DNA of 64,000 nucleotides, taken from Planctomycetota bacterium. Lineage in GTDB: Bacteria; Planctomycetota; UBA1135; UBA2386. The notes under the pieces are model-generated. The model did not search any database, was not told the DNA's origin, and was given only the letters and a program-made list of their open reading frames with translations. The translations under genes and the position numbers were made by a program. Each line of letters opens with the position of its first letter. Within the stretch, counting starts at the first letter, position 1. The DNA is taken from NCBI GenBank assembly GCA_965228735.1, contig OZ245838.1:6720001-6784000 (forward strand), given 5' to 3'. This document shows positions 19,204 through 29,067 of the stretch, in pieces.

Positions 19204-21546
19204 ATGTCCAGCACCACTCCTGAAACGAAGACCGCGACCGAGCCCGAAGGCCCGCAGCAAGACCCGATCGTCGACGAACAAACGGGTGTGTATGGCTGGT
19301 TCCGCCGCAACCAGAAGCTGCTGCTCTACACGGTCGGCATGTTCGTGCTCGTGTTCTTCTCGGTGAGTGGCCCGATGCTCGCCCTGATCAACGATTGGTT
19401 CGCGCCGCACGTCGAGCGCCCGGCCATCACGGTGGGCGGCGAAGAGGTCAAGCTGGAGGCGATGGACTACCAGGTCGGCGAGCAGATCGCGAACCGGCCC
19501 GGGGCGCTGAGCTTCGTGCTGCCGATCATCAGCACCGGGGACAACGGCCGTTCGGAAGCGACCGAGGTCTACGCGATCCTGCGCCGCGCGGCGATCACCG
19601 AAGGGCTCGGCATCTCGTTCGCCGAGGTCGACAAGGCGATCGCGACGCGCCTGAAGCAGAGCGCCGGCCAGATGACGTCGGAGACGGCGCTCGCGGCCCA
19701 GGCGGGCTTCAACTCGCTCGCCGCGTTCCGCAACATCGTGGGCGAGGCGATGCGCATCGGCACGCTGATCCACCTGCAGACGCTGGCGCTCGACAGCTCG
19801 GACGCGAGCGTGCTCGAGGACGTGCTCGGCGACCGCGAGAAGGTCAAGTTCAAGGTCGCGACGTTCGACGAGGCCAAGCTCGCCGAAGAGCTCGAAGCGG
19901 CCGGCAACGCGAGCTACGAGGATCTCACGGCCTGGGTCGAGGAGAAGACCACGCTCGAGAAGCGCCAGATGGATGTCCTCGGCGGCAACGAGGTCGCGCT
20001 CGAGATCGCCGGGCTCCTGCTCGCCGACTTCGATCGGACGCAGTGGGAGGACAAATACCTCGCCGAGTTCGAGATCGCGGAGGAGGAGCTGACCCGGCTC
20101 TACAACACCAACCGCGAGCGCTTCAAGCAGGAGGACGAGACTTACCGCGCGCTCGAGGACGAGGGCGTCGCGGAGGAGCTGACGAAGCAGCGCGAGGCCC
20201 AGGAGGTGCTCGTGCAGATGTCGGCCGACATCCGCGAGAAGCAGGCCGAGTTCACGAAGGCCGAGGACGACGCGTTCCGGCAGGCCAACGAGGACGCGTT
20301 CGCCGCGGCGAACGCCGTCACGGAGGCGAAGGCCAAGCTCGAAGCGGATCCCGACAACGAGGACCTCAAGAAGGAACTCGCGGACGCCGAGCTCGCCAAG
20401 ACGCAGGCCGACAACAACCGCAAGGCCGCCGAGGAAGCGCGCGACCAGAAGATCGCCGCGTTCGACTTCTTCGCCGCGTTCACGGAGCTCGCGAGCGACG
20501 AGAACGGCCTGAAGAAGGGCGCCGTCACGAAGAAGGTCGAGCCGCGGCGCGATGCCGAGGCGCTCAAGGACCTCGACTCCGAGGAGCTCGGGCTCGGCAC
20601 CTGGGAGCAGGCGGTGGTCGCGACCTATCTGCGCAAGGTCGGCCAGCTCGGGACGAGCCCGGCCAACACGGACAAGGCGTCGTTCCTCTACCGCGCGACG
20701 GACCTGCTGCTCGAGCCGCTCAAGCCGCGCGAGGAGCTCGAGCCGCTGCTCGCCGGGGCCTACTACAAGGAGAAGGCCAAGGAGCAGGCGGAGGAGAAGA
20801 AGGCGGCCTTCGAGGCTGCGCTGTTGCGGCTCGCCAAGGCCAAGATGCCCGACAGGGTCGCGGAGATCGAAGGTCAGCGCGAGACTCGCATCGAGGAGCG
20901 GTTCACCGAGTGGAAGACCGAGATCGAAGCCGACATCGAGCACGCCAAGGACGTGATCGCGAAGGCTCGCGAGGGCACGATCGCGCACCAGGACTGGCTC
21001 AAGGAGCTCGCCCGCCTCGAGGCCGAGCTCGGCATGGCCGAATCGAAGCGCGAGGAGTTCGGCACCGCGGTCGGTGACGAGATCGACAGCGAGATCGCCG
21101 AGGCCGCGCAGGAGTTCCACGCCGCCGTGCTCGACGAGGCCGCCGCCGAAGCCGGCTTCGTGGTGCAGGAGATCGGGCCGTTGCCGCGCGACGTCGCGCG
21201 CAGTCCGCGCTTCGACAAGAAGTACGACAAGACGGCCGTCTTCCTCTACCGCTCGCACGCCGAGCTCGAGGACGGGGATTCGACCGGCCTCGTCGAGGAC
21301 ACCGCCGAACGCCGGCTGCACTGCGCGGTCGTCACGGGCGTGATGCCGCTCGAGCCGTCCGACGTCCGGCGCGCCGAATTCGTTCGCGCCAAGAAGGGCG
21401 CCGCGAGCGGCTTCTCCGCGTTCGACAGCTACGCCTCGGAGCGCGCCTACACGGCCCAGAGCCAGGCGTTCACCCTGCCGGCCCTCGAAGAGCGCTACGC
21501 CGTCGAGCGCCCGGTCGGCAAGCAGGCCGAACCGAGCGACGGCTGA
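19204..21546 (+). CDS. Large N-terminally anchored acidic helical periplasmic protein, PpiD/SurA-N-like chaperone candidate
   Basis: WFRRNQK followed by a TM, then A..EGLGIS..EVD as in SurA_N/PpiD N-termini; long coiled-coil inserts. Confidence 0.55.
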   Translation: MSSTTPETKTATEPEGPQQDPIVDEQTGVYGWFRRNQKLLLYTVGMFVLVFFSVSGPMLALINDWFAPHVERPAITVGGEEVKLEAMDYQVGEQIANRPGALSFVLPIISTGDNGRSEATEVYAILRRAAITEGLGISFAEVDKAIATRLKQSAGQMTSETALAAQAGFNSLAAFRNIVGEAMRIGTLIHLQTLALDSSDASVLEDVLGDREKVKFKVATFDEAKLAEELEAAGNASYEDLTAWVEEKTTLEKRQMDVLGGNEVALEIAGLLLADFDRTQWEDKYLAEFEIAEEELTRLYNTNRERFKQEDETYRALEDEGVAEELTKQREAQEVLVQMSADIREKQAEFTKAEDDAFRQANEDAFAAANAVTEAKAKLEADPDNEDLKKELADAELAKTQADNNRKAAEEARDQKIAAFDFFAAFTELASDENGLKKGAVTKKVEPRRDAEALKDLDSEELGLGTWEQAVVATYLRKVGQLGTSPANTDKASFLYRATDLLLEPLKPREELEPLLAGAYYKEKAKEQAEEKKAAFEAALLRLAKAKMPDRVAEIEGQRETRIEERFTEWKTEIEADIEHAKDVIAKAREGTIAHQDWLKELARLEAELGMAESKREEFGTAVGDEIDSEIAEAAQEFHAAVLDEAAAEAGFVVQEIGPLPRDVARSPRFDKKYDKTAVFLYRSHAELEDGDSTGLVEDTAERRLHCAVVTGVMPLEPSDVRRAEFVRAKKGAASGFSAFDSYASERAYTAQSQAFTLPALEERYAVERPVGKQAEPSDG

Positions 21547-21573
21547 GCGCGGCGTGGTGGCGGTACCGAACCC

Positions 21574-23565
21574 TTGCGCCAGGCGAAGCCTGGACGGGAG
21601 AAATCATGACCTGACAGGAATGAGAACCCCGTATTGGAGTCCCGCGGGTGACGAAACCCGCCCGGCGAAGGCTAGCCACCAGCCGGAAGCGAGTCTTGCG
21701 TGGCGACCGGGTAACCGCCGCTGCGAAGCGTAGACAGCGAGGATGTGGGCGGCGCGACTGAGCCCCGAAAGTACCGACAGCGAGAGAGCCGACGTGGTGG
21801 GTTCATCGGAAGGCAACATGGAAGGGCCGCAACCGGCTTGGCCCGGAAGTCTCTCCGGGGTCCTGAGAACGACCGCACGCATCCATCGGACTCCCCAGGA
21901 ACCTGGGATCCCCTCGATTGGTCCGATCGTCAACTCCGGCTGGGGCCCGGAAACCAACTCTCCAGGGCCGCGACGTCGTGTCCGCGTCGGTGCCGTCAAG
22001 GAATCCGGACACACGGCCGGTACCGCCGAGCGAAGGAAACGAAGCGACGCGGGACGCCAACGAGGGAGTCGGAGTGCGTCATAGTACCAAAGAGTCCGGG
22101 GAACCCGCCCCACGGGGACCCGGCGGAGGGAAGGGCGTCACCGGCGACAAGGAACCGCTGGACGGACCGACCACGGAGACGACGGGCTCCGAGCAGGTCT
22201 CCACGAAACTCCGGCGGGTAGCGGAGCTGGCGAGGCAGCGACCAGACCTGGTCCTGACCACACTGGCACACCACATGGACATCGCGCTTCTGCGGGAGGC
22301 GTATCGCCGCACGCAGAAGTCCAAAGCTCCTGGTGTCGACGGCGTCACGGCTCGCGACTACGAGCAGGATCTCGAGGGCAACCTCGCGGACCTGCACGAA
22401 CGCGCGAAGTCAGGGCGCTATCGCGCACCACCGGTCCGGCGCGTGCACATCCCGAAAGGGAAGGGTGGCACGCGTCCAATCGGAGTGCCGACGCTGGAGG
22501 ACAAGGTCTTGCAGCGGGCGGTGACGCAAGTGATGGAGGCGGTATATGAGCAGGACTTCTTGGACTGCTCGCACGGCTTCCGTCCCGGTCGCTCGCCGCA
22601 CACGGCACTGGAATCGCTTTGGAAGCATGCGATGTCGATGGGTGGCGGCTGGCTGTTGGAAGTCGACATCCAAGGTTTCTTCGACAACCTGGAGCCGACC
22701 CATCTGCGAGCGATCCTCGACCAGCGGGTGCGCGACGGAGTGTTCCGTCGACTGATCGACAAGTGGCTGAAGGCGGGGGTGCAGGAGGACGGTGCGCTGC
22801 ATCGCTCTCGCAAAGGCACCCCACAAGGAGGCGTGATTTCGCCGCTGCTGGCGAACATCTATTTGCACGCAGTGCTGGACCGTTGGTTTGTCGAGGAAGT
22901 CAAGCCGAGGCTTGCCGGTCGCGCGGAGTTGGTCCGCTATGCGGACGACTTCGTGATCCTGTTTGCCGTCGAAGCCGATGCACGTGCGATGTCGTCGATC
23001 CTGGCCCAAAGGCTCGGGCGCTTCGGCCTCACACTGCATCCGGACAAGACCCGGTTAGTCCGCTTCCAACCGCCCGAAGACGGCGCGGCGGGGAGCGGCA
23101 CTTTCGACTTCCTGGGCTTCACCCATCACTGGTCACGCTCCCGGCGCGGCCGATGGACCGTGCAGCGGCGCACCACACGACACGTCGTGACCCGTACCCT
23201 GACTGGGCTACGGGATTGGTGCCGTCGCAATCGGCACGACAAGGTCCGCGTCCAGTACTCCACCCTGTGCTCGAAGCTACGGGGGCACTACCTCTACTTC
23301 GGCGTGACCGGCAACTCTGCTGCGTTACGTCGCGTATGGTACGAGGCCCGTCGCATCTGGCATCGGTGGCTGAGCCGGCGCTCGCGGGCGGCCTACATGT
23401 CGTGGGCCCGCTTCGAGCAACTGCTGCGTGCATACCCGCTTCCTCCGCCCCGGCTGACCCGGTCGGTCTACGCAGCGAGCCCTTGTCGCTGACGAGCCGG
23501 ATGCGTTAGCCGCGCACGTCCGGATCTGTGGGAGCCCTGGGGGGAGACCCCCAGGGCCACCCGGC
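21574..23565 (+). mobile_element. Complete group II intron (TTGCG...CACCCGGC) with RT/maturase ORF
   Basis: Domain V GAGCCGGATGCG..CGCACGTCCGGATC at 23494-23526; domain VI stem with bulged A23559; EBS1 GGGTTC (21799-21804) and EBS2 GTACCG (21771-21776) pair with 5' exon GAACCC and CGGTAC; removing it restores a split inverted repeat. Confidence 0.93.
21918..23492 (+). CDS. ltrA: Group II intron reverse transcriptase/maturase, no endonuclease domain; true start probably near 22158-22175
   Basis: KAPGVDG, RPIGVPTLEDK, SHGFRPGRS, DIQGFFD, GTPQGGVISPLLANIYL, RYADD, FDFLGF, domain X LRGHYLYF. Confidence 0.93.
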   Translation: MVRSSTPAGARKPTLQGRDVVSASVPSRNPDTRPVPPSEGNEATRDANEGVGVRHSTKESGEPAPRGPGGGKGVTGDKEPLDGPTTETTGSEQVSTKLRRVAELARQRPDLVLTTLAHHMDIALLREAYRRTQKSKAPGVDGVTARDYEQDLEGNLADLHERAKSGRYRAPPVRRVHIPKGKGGTRPIGVPTLEDKVLQRAVTQVMEAVYEQDFLDCSHGFRPGRSPHTALESLWKHAMSMGGGWLLEVDIQGFFDNLEPTHLRAILDQRVRDGVFRRLIDKWLKAGVQEDGALHRSRKGTPQGGVISPLLANIYLHAVLDRWFVEEVKPRLAGRAELVRYADDFVILFAVEADARAMSSILAQRLGRFGLTLHPDKTRLVRFQPPEDGAAGSGTFDFLGFTHHWSRSRRGRWTVQRRTTRHVVTRTLTGLRDWCRRNRHDKVRVQYSTLCSKLRGHYLYFGVTGNSAALRRVWYEARRIWHRWLSRRSRAAYMSWARFEQLLRAYPLPPPRLTRSVYAASPCR

Positions 23566-23631
23566 GCTTCGAATCCGCCACCCGTCCGATTCCGCAACCC
23601 CGGTTCCCACCTGCCGTGCCGCCGTGTGGCA

Positions 23632-23664
23632 GGTGGCGGATTCGAAGCGGGTTCGGTACCGCCA
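23632..23664. repeat. Right arm of a 33-bp inverted repeat whose left arm (21558-21573 + 23566-23582) is split by the intron
   Basis: GGTGGCGGATTCGAAGCGGGTTCGGTACCGCCA is the exact reverse complement of TGGCGGTACCGAACCC+GCTTCGAATCCGCCACC. Confidence 0.9.
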
Positions 23665-23667
23665 GCC

Positions 23668-24423
23668 CTATTGGGGGCGGCCGAGGGCGAACAGCGAGTG
23701 GCCGAGCGGGAAGCGGAGCCAGCGGAGTGGCACGCGTTCGCTCGACATGATCGCGGTGAACACGCGATTGAGCCACGGCGAAAGCTCGACGCTCATGTTG
23801 TTGTAGCCGGCGGGCAGGCGGCCGAGCCTGTCCATGAGCTTCTGCCAGAGCACCGACGGGATGATCAGCGGCAGCAGCAGCGTGTTGAAGTAGCTCACGC
23901 GCAGCGGCGGCAGGCCGGCCGCGCGCATCACCCGCTTGAGGCGGGTCGCGGTGTAGCGCCGGAAGTGATGCGCCGTGCGGTCGTTCTGCGACCACAGCCA
24001 CTGGTAGGCCGGCACGGACACGAAGACGGCGCCGCCCGGCTCGAGCACGCGCCGCACTTCGCGCAGCGCCTGTTCGTCGTCGGGGATGTGCTCGATCGTG
24101 TCGAACAGGCAGACGAGGTCGAACGTGTCGTCCTGGAACGGCAGCTCGTAGCCAGAGCCGCAGAGCACGTTCTGAAAGCCGCGTTCCTTGCAGACGCCGA
24201 CGTACTCGTGATCGATGTCGAGCCCGGCGATGTCGCCGTAGCGCGACAGCGGGCCGAGCATGCCGCCGGCACCGCACCCGATCTCGAGAACCCGGCGGCG
24301 CTTGCCGTCCGTTCGTTCGGGCAGCAGCCGATCGAGCTGGTCGAAGAAGATGCGCCGCCGGCTCACGAACCAGAAGTGCGAGTGCTCCAGTTCCTTGAAG
24401 GTCTCGTAGGCGACGCGATCCAT
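23668..24423 (-). CDS. Class I SAM-dependent methyltransferase
   Basis: EHSHFWFVSRR, VLEIGCGAG, FDTIEHIPDD, VSVPAYQWLWS..HFRRY. Confidence 0.9.
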   Translation of the reverse strand: MDRVAYETFKELEHSHFWFVSRRRIFFDQLDRLLPERTDGKRRRVLEIGCGAGGMLGPLSRYGDIAGLDIDHEYVGVCKERGFQNVLCGSGYELPFQDDTFDLVCLFDTIEHIPDDEQALREVRRVLEPGGAVFVSVPAYQWLWSQNDRTAHHFRRYTATRLKRVMRAAGLPPLRVSYFNTLLLPLIIPSVLWQKLMDRLGRLPAGYNNMSVELSPWLNRVFTAIMSSERVPLRWLRFPLGHSLFALGRPQ

Positions 24424-24449
24424 GCTCTCCGGCGGGCGACGATCCGGGC

Positions 24450-25385
24450 TCAGACCGGTTTGGCCACGACGATGATCTCGTCGCGCGGATTGACGTAGAG
24501 GTTCCAGTTGCGCAGCAGCCCGAGCGGCTTCGCGAGCAGCCCCGGGATGCGGCCGAGCTTGCCGGCGCGTTCGGCGAGGAACGCGAACGAGACGTACTTG
24601 CCCGCATACGAGGCGCCGATGTCCACGGGTTCGAACCCGCAGTCGCGCAGCAGCCGCGAGATCGTCGCGGGCGTGAAGTGGAACAGGTGCTCGTGGTGCT
24701 TGTAGTGGTGCCAGCGCCTGCCGAGCAGCCGGGCCCAGCGCGAGGCGACGTTCTGCGTCTCGAGCAGCAGGTGGCCGTCCGGTTTGACGAGCTCGCGCAG
24801 CTTGTGCAGCACGGACTGCGGCTCCGGCACGTGCTCGATCACGTCCCACAGCGTCACGAGGTCGAACGAGCCGGGCTCGTAGTTCATCGCGGTCACCGCG
24901 TCGTCGAGCGTGCCGACGTGGATGCGGTCCTCGCCGAGCGCCGCCGTGGCCTCCTTGGCGATCGCCTCGGACAGCTCGACGCCGTGCACGTCGTGGCCGC
25001 GCTCGTGCATCACGCGCAGGAAGTAGCCGGCCGCGCAGCCGACGTCGAGGATGCGCGAGCCCGGCCGCAGCCAGCGGTCGACGAGCGCCGTGCGCTTCTG
25101 GAACGTCTTGAGGTAGAGCGCCGATTCGCTGGCGTAGTCGGCGTAGCCGCGCTCCTTCGGGTTCTGGCTCTTCCAGTAGCCTTCGTCGTAGACCGCGACG
25201 AGGTCGTCGCCGACGAGCCGCGGCGTGACGTAGACGAGGCCGCAGTCCTTGCAGGTGACGACCAGAAACGGCGGTTCGGCGAACTTGAGTTCGCGCTCGG
25301 CGCTGCCGCAGACCTGGCAGCGGTCGATCGACTCCGCGTTCTGCAGGGCCTGGCTCGGTGGCGGTGCGGTCTTGGGCGACTGCAT
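24450..25385 (-). CDS. Class I SAM-dependent methyltransferase with N-terminal Zn ribbon
   Basis: CQVC..CKDCG, ILDVGCAAG, WDVIEHV, EHLFHF. Confidence 0.9.
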   Translation of the reverse strand: MQSPKTAPPPSQALQNAESIDRCQVCGSAERELKFAEPPFLVVTCKDCGLVYVTPRLVGDDLVAVYDEGYWKSQNPKERGYADYASESALYLKTFQKRTALVDRWLRPGSRILDVGCAAGYFLRVMHERGHDVHGVELSEAIAKEATAALGEDRIHVGTLDDAVTAMNYEPGSFDLVTLWDVIEHVPEPQSVLHKLRELVKPDGHLLLETQNVASRWARLLGRRWHHYKHHEHLFHFTPATISRLLRDCGFEPVDIGASYAGKYVSFAFLAERAGKLGRIPGLLAKPLGLLRNWNLYVNPRDEIIVVAKPV

Positions 25386-26147
25386 CTACTCGGCCTCCGC
25401 CGCGAGGTGGTCCTTCGGGATCTTCGCGCCGCGTTCGAGGAAGCGCTTGCGGCAGATCGTCCGGAACATCATCAGGGCCGTCTTGGCCTGCCGCATGAAC
25501 GTGTCGCTGTGCTTGCTCTCGCCGCCGACGCGCGGCGAGTAGGTGACGGGGATCTCGATGACGCGGCAGCGCTCCTGCAGCGCGGCGCACATCATCTCGG
25601 GCGAGAATGCCGGGCCGGGTTCTCGGAGGCGCGGCGCGATCTTCTCGAAGGTCGTCCGCGTCAGCGCCCGGTAGGTGCAGCCGACGTCGGTGAACCGCGG
25701 TTCGGCCGGCCGCAGCCAGCATAGTTGCAGGAACTTCGCCATGAACACGTTCCCCCAGCGCAGGAACGAGCGCATGTTGGCGCCCTGCTCGACCATCTGG
25801 CGGGTCGTCCGGGTGCCCATGACCATGTCCGCGTCGTCGAGGTAGCAGAGCATCTTCTCGACGTCGCGCGCACGGAAGCTGCCGTCGGCCTCGACGAGAA
25901 CGAAGATGTCGCCCTTGGCAGCGCGCATTCCGGCCATCAGCGCCGAGCCGTAACCGGGCGTCTCCTCGCTCACGACGCGCGCGCCCTCGGCGGCGGCGAT
26001 CTCGGCGGTCCGGTCGCGGCAGTTGTTGTCCACGACGACGATCTCGTCGAGGTGGGGCTGGCCGCGGAATTCCTCGACCACGCGCCCGATCGTCTCCTCC
26101 TCGTTGTAGGCGGGGATGACGAGTGAAACGGAGCGGTTCCGGAACAT
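25386..26147 (-). CDS. GT2 glycosyltransferase (polyprenol-phosphate glycosyltransferase/DPM1-like)
   Basis: VIPAYNEEETI, VVDNNCRDRT, GYGSAL, EADG, IPVTYSPRVGGESK. Confidence 0.9.
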   Translation of the reverse strand: MFRNRSVSLVIPAYNEEETIGRVVEEFRGQPHLDEIVVVDNNCRDRTAEIAAAEGARVVSEETPGYGSALMAGMRAAKGDIFVLVEADGSFRARDVEKMLCYLDDADMVMGTRTTRQMVEQGANMRSFLRWGNVFMAKFLQLCWLRPAEPRFTDVGCTYRALTRTTFEKIAPRLREPGPAFSPEMMCAALQERCRVIEIPVTYSPRVGGESKHSDTFMRQAKTALMMFRTICRKRFLERGAKIPKDHLAAEAE

Positions 26148-26321
26148 CGGGTGCAGAAGGATAGCCCCGGCTGGCGCGGGCGCCACGGCGGGCCTGAACC
26201 TCGCCCCGCCGTTTCCGTTTGGCCCTAGCGGAGGCCGGTTTATCGTTCTCGTACTGATCCGTTTCCCCGGGGCCTCCCTGACCCCGGACCGAGCTCACGG
26301 ACCCCGACCCCCGACTGCAGA

Positions 26322-28127
26322 ATGCACTTCATTCGCGCCGCGGCCAGCCTGCTGGCCGTCTCCTTCGTTCTTCCCGCCCCGGCCTCGGCGACCGCCACGG
26401 CTTCGGCGTATGCCCAGGCCGACGCCAGCGCGCCCGGTCAGAAGACCGCCCAGAAGGCCGTGCGGAAGACCGGCACGATCTTCAAGTACGACGTCGACGA
26501 CCTCGTCCGCGCGGTGCGCAACGCCGCGGTGGACGGCGTGCTCGGCACGGACGTCGAACACACGGCCAAGGTGCTGGCCGCGATGGGCCACTGCCATCGC
26601 CGCTACCACCGCGGTGACGGCCCCGTCGTCCGGCCCTCGATCGAGTATCTGATCCGGCACCGCCAGGCCGACGGCAGCTTCGGCGACGTCGCGGCGACCG
26701 GGTGGGCGATCGAGGCGCTGAAGGTGATGGACGGCGCCGCGTTCCCCGAGGAGATCGCGCAGGCCGAGAAGTGGCTCGAGCGGAACGCCGATGCCCGGCC
26801 CTCGACGTTCGCCGACCTCGTCGATCGCGTGATCGGCAAGGTCCGCGCGGACGTGTTCCCGCAGCACCTCGGCCAGGACTGGGTCAAGCTCGCGAAGATG
26901 CACGTCGAGCAGGGTGCCGCCATGGATCGCGATGCGGCCGCGGACACTCTCGCGGCGCTCGCGGCGATGCAGACGGCCAACCGGCGCCTCGACTCGTTGC
27001 AGGACCCGAAGGCGGGCGGCAAGAACGTGTTCACCAAGTCGCAGCAGCAGGCGTTCGACTGGTTGCTGACGCAGCACGAGGACGGCGTCGTCTACATCGA
27101 CTACCAGGGGCAGAAGGTGCCGGAGCCCGGGCTCACGGGGTTCTTCCTGCTCGCGCTGCAGACCAAGCCCGAGGGCATGCGGACCGGTGCGGAGCAGAAG
27201 ATCATCGATCAGGGCGTGAAGTGGCTGCTCACGCAGCAGAACGAGGACGGCACGTTCGGGCGCCAGGTGCCCAACTACACGACGTGCGTCGCGGTCGCCG
27301 CGCTCACGCGGGTCTCTGACCCGAGCCTCGCGCCCGTGCTCGAGAAGGCGCAGAAGTCGATCCTCGCGTTCCAGAACATCGAGGCGACGGGCTATCGCGA
27401 GAGCGATCGCGACTACGGCTCGATCGGCTACGGCAACAGCCAGCGCGGCGATCTGAGCAACCTGCACTTCTCGCTGCAGGCGCTCAAGGAGACCGGCCTC
27501 GACGAGAACCACGAGGCGTTCAGCAAGGCGGTGATCTTCCTGCAGCGCACGCAGAACCTGAAGTCGCACAACGATTTCTCCGGCCGCGTTCCGGACCCCG
27601 AGGACGAGGGCAAGATGATCGACGCGATCCCGGGCGACGACGGCGGCGCCGTCTACTACCCGGGCAACAGCAACGCGGGCTACATCGTGCAGCCCGACGG
27701 CAAGGCGATCGCGCGCAGCTACGGCTCGATGACCTACGCGCTGCTCAAGGCCTACATCCTCGCGGGGCTGCCGGCCGGTGACGCGCGCGTGCAGGCCGCG
27801 GTGAAGTGGATCCAGCAGAACTGGGACCTCGCGACGAACCCGGGCGCGGACCCGGCGCTCGGGGAGAAGGTCAAGTTCCAGGGGTTGTTCTACTACTACA
27901 TGGTCCTCGCGCAGGCGCTCGACCTCGCGGGCGTGAAGCACGTCGAGATCCCGGTCGACGGCGGCAAGAACGAGAAGGTCGACTGGCGCGGCGCGCTGAA
28001 GAAGCAGCTCGAGGGCATGCAGCAGCCGAGCGGCGCGTGGGTCAACGGCAAGAACGGCCGCTGGATGGAGAGCCTCGAGCTGCTCTGCACCTGCTACGCG
28101 ATGGTCGCGCTCGAGCGCTGCAACTGA
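26322..28127 (+). CDS. Exported prenyltransferase/squalene-oxidase-repeat (terpene-cyclase fold) protein
   Basis: Signal peptide; QW-type repeats RQADGSFG, QQNEDGTFG, QQPSGAW; DLSN, YGSMT. Confidence 0.75.
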   Translation: MHFIRAAASLLAVSFVLPAPASATATASAYAQADASAPGQKTAQKAVRKTGTIFKYDVDDLVRAVRNAAVDGVLGTDVEHTAKVLAAMGHCHRRYHRGDGPVVRPSIEYLIRHRQADGSFGDVAATGWAIEALKVMDGAAFPEEIAQAEKWLERNADARPSTFADLVDRVIGKVRADVFPQHLGQDWVKLAKMHVEQGAAMDRDAAADTLAALAAMQTANRRLDSLQDPKAGGKNVFTKSQQQAFDWLLTQHEDGVVYIDYQGQKVPEPGLTGFFLLALQTKPEGMRTGAEQKIIDQGVKWLLTQQNEDGTFGRQVPNYTTCVAVAALTRVSDPSLAPVLEKAQKSILAFQNIEATGYRESDRDYGSIGYGNSQRGDLSNLHFSLQALKETGLDENHEAFSKAVIFLQRTQNLKSHNDFSGRVPDPEDEGKMIDAIPGDDGGAVYYPGNSNAGYIVQPDGKAIARSYGSMTYALLKAYILAGLPAGDARVQAAVKWIQQNWDLATNPGADPALGEKVKFQGLFYYYMVLAQALDLAGVKHVEIPVDGGKNEKVDWRGALKKQLEGMQQPSGAWVNGKNGRWMESLELLCTCYAMVALERCN

Positions 28128-28134
28128 GCCCGCG

Positions 28135-29067
28135 ATGACCGCGGCAGGATCCGACTCCGAACTCGTGCTGCCGGCCGCGCCGGCCTGGTTCCGGTTCCTG
28201 CCGGAGACCGGCGGCTCACCGCGCCTCGGCATCGTCGAGCCAACCGCTGCCGGTGGGCCGCGCTACGTCGACCTCGGTCCCGTCGATCCGCATGCCCTGT
28301 TGATCGCCGGCGGCCTCACGGCCGCGGACCTGCAGGTGCGCGCGGCGGGCGGCGCGCCGGTCGCCGCGGACATCATCGCGCGCGCCCGGTTGCTGCAGCC
28401 GCTGCCGCGACCTGGCAAGGTCCTCTGCCTCGCGAAGAACTACGTGGCGCACGCGCGCGAGTTCGGCGCCGAAGCGCCGCCCGAACCGATCTTCTTCAAC
28501 AAGCTGCCGGACTCGCTCTGCGGGCCCGGTGATCCCGTCGTGATCCCGCACTGGCTCGACACGCGCGTCGACCACGAGGCCGAGCTCGCGCTCGTGCTCG
28601 GTTTCGACGACCCGGAGCAGCGCGGTCGGAAGGACGTGGCGGCAGGCGAGGCGCTCGCGCTCGTCGCCGGCTACACGCCGCTCAACGACGTGACCGCGCG
28701 CAAGCTGCAGGGGCAGGACCGCGAGCAGAGGTATCCGTGGCTGCGCGCCAAAGCGCTCGACACGTTCTGCCCGTTCGGCCCGTTCGTCGTGCCGCGTGAG
28801 TCGATCGACGGCAGTGACCTGCAGGTCACGATGCGGGTGAACGGCGAGGTCCGGCAGAGCGCGCGGACGAGCGCGATGGTGTTCTCGATCGAGCAGGCGC
28901 TCGTGGCGATGTCACGCGTGACGACGCTGCGTTCGGGGGACCTCATCGCGATGGGAACGCCCGAGGGTGTGTCCGCGGTGCACGAAGGCGACGTCATGGA
29001 GGTCGAGGTCGAGGGGCTCGGCGTCCTGCGCAACCCGGTCCGAAAGGGCGAGCCGCCCGCGTCGTGA
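28135..29067 (+). CDS. Fumarylacetoacetate hydrolase family protein
   Basis: KVLCLAKNYVAH, DHEAEL, NDVTAR, KALDTFCPFGP, GDLIAMGTPEGV. Confidence 0.92.
   Translation: MTAAGSDSELVLPAAPAWFRFLPETGGSPRLGIVEPTAAGGPRYVDLGPVDPHALLIAGGLTAADLQVRAAGGAPVAADIIARARLLQPLPRPGKVLCLAKNYVAHAREFGAEAPPEPIFFNKLPDSLCGPGDPVVIPHWLDTRVDHEAELALVLGFDDPEQRGRKDVAAGEALALVAGYTPLNDVTARKLQGQDREQRYPWLRAKALDTFCPFGPFVVPRESIDGSDLQVTMRVNGEVRQSARTSAMVFSIEQALVAMSRVTTLRSGDLIAMGTPEGVSAVHEGDVMEVEVEGLGVLRNPVRKGEPPAS

Noticed and set aside
21918..23492. RT as a DGR, retron or CRISPR-associated RT
   Set aside because: YADD, domain X, ribozyme domains V/VI and EBS/IBS pairings identify a group II intron; no TR/VR pair, msr-msd or cas genes were seen.
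23668..26298. 876-aa ORF suggesting a large methyltransferase fusion
   Set aside because: Only 23668-24423 is protein-like; the rest overlaps two real genes in other frames.
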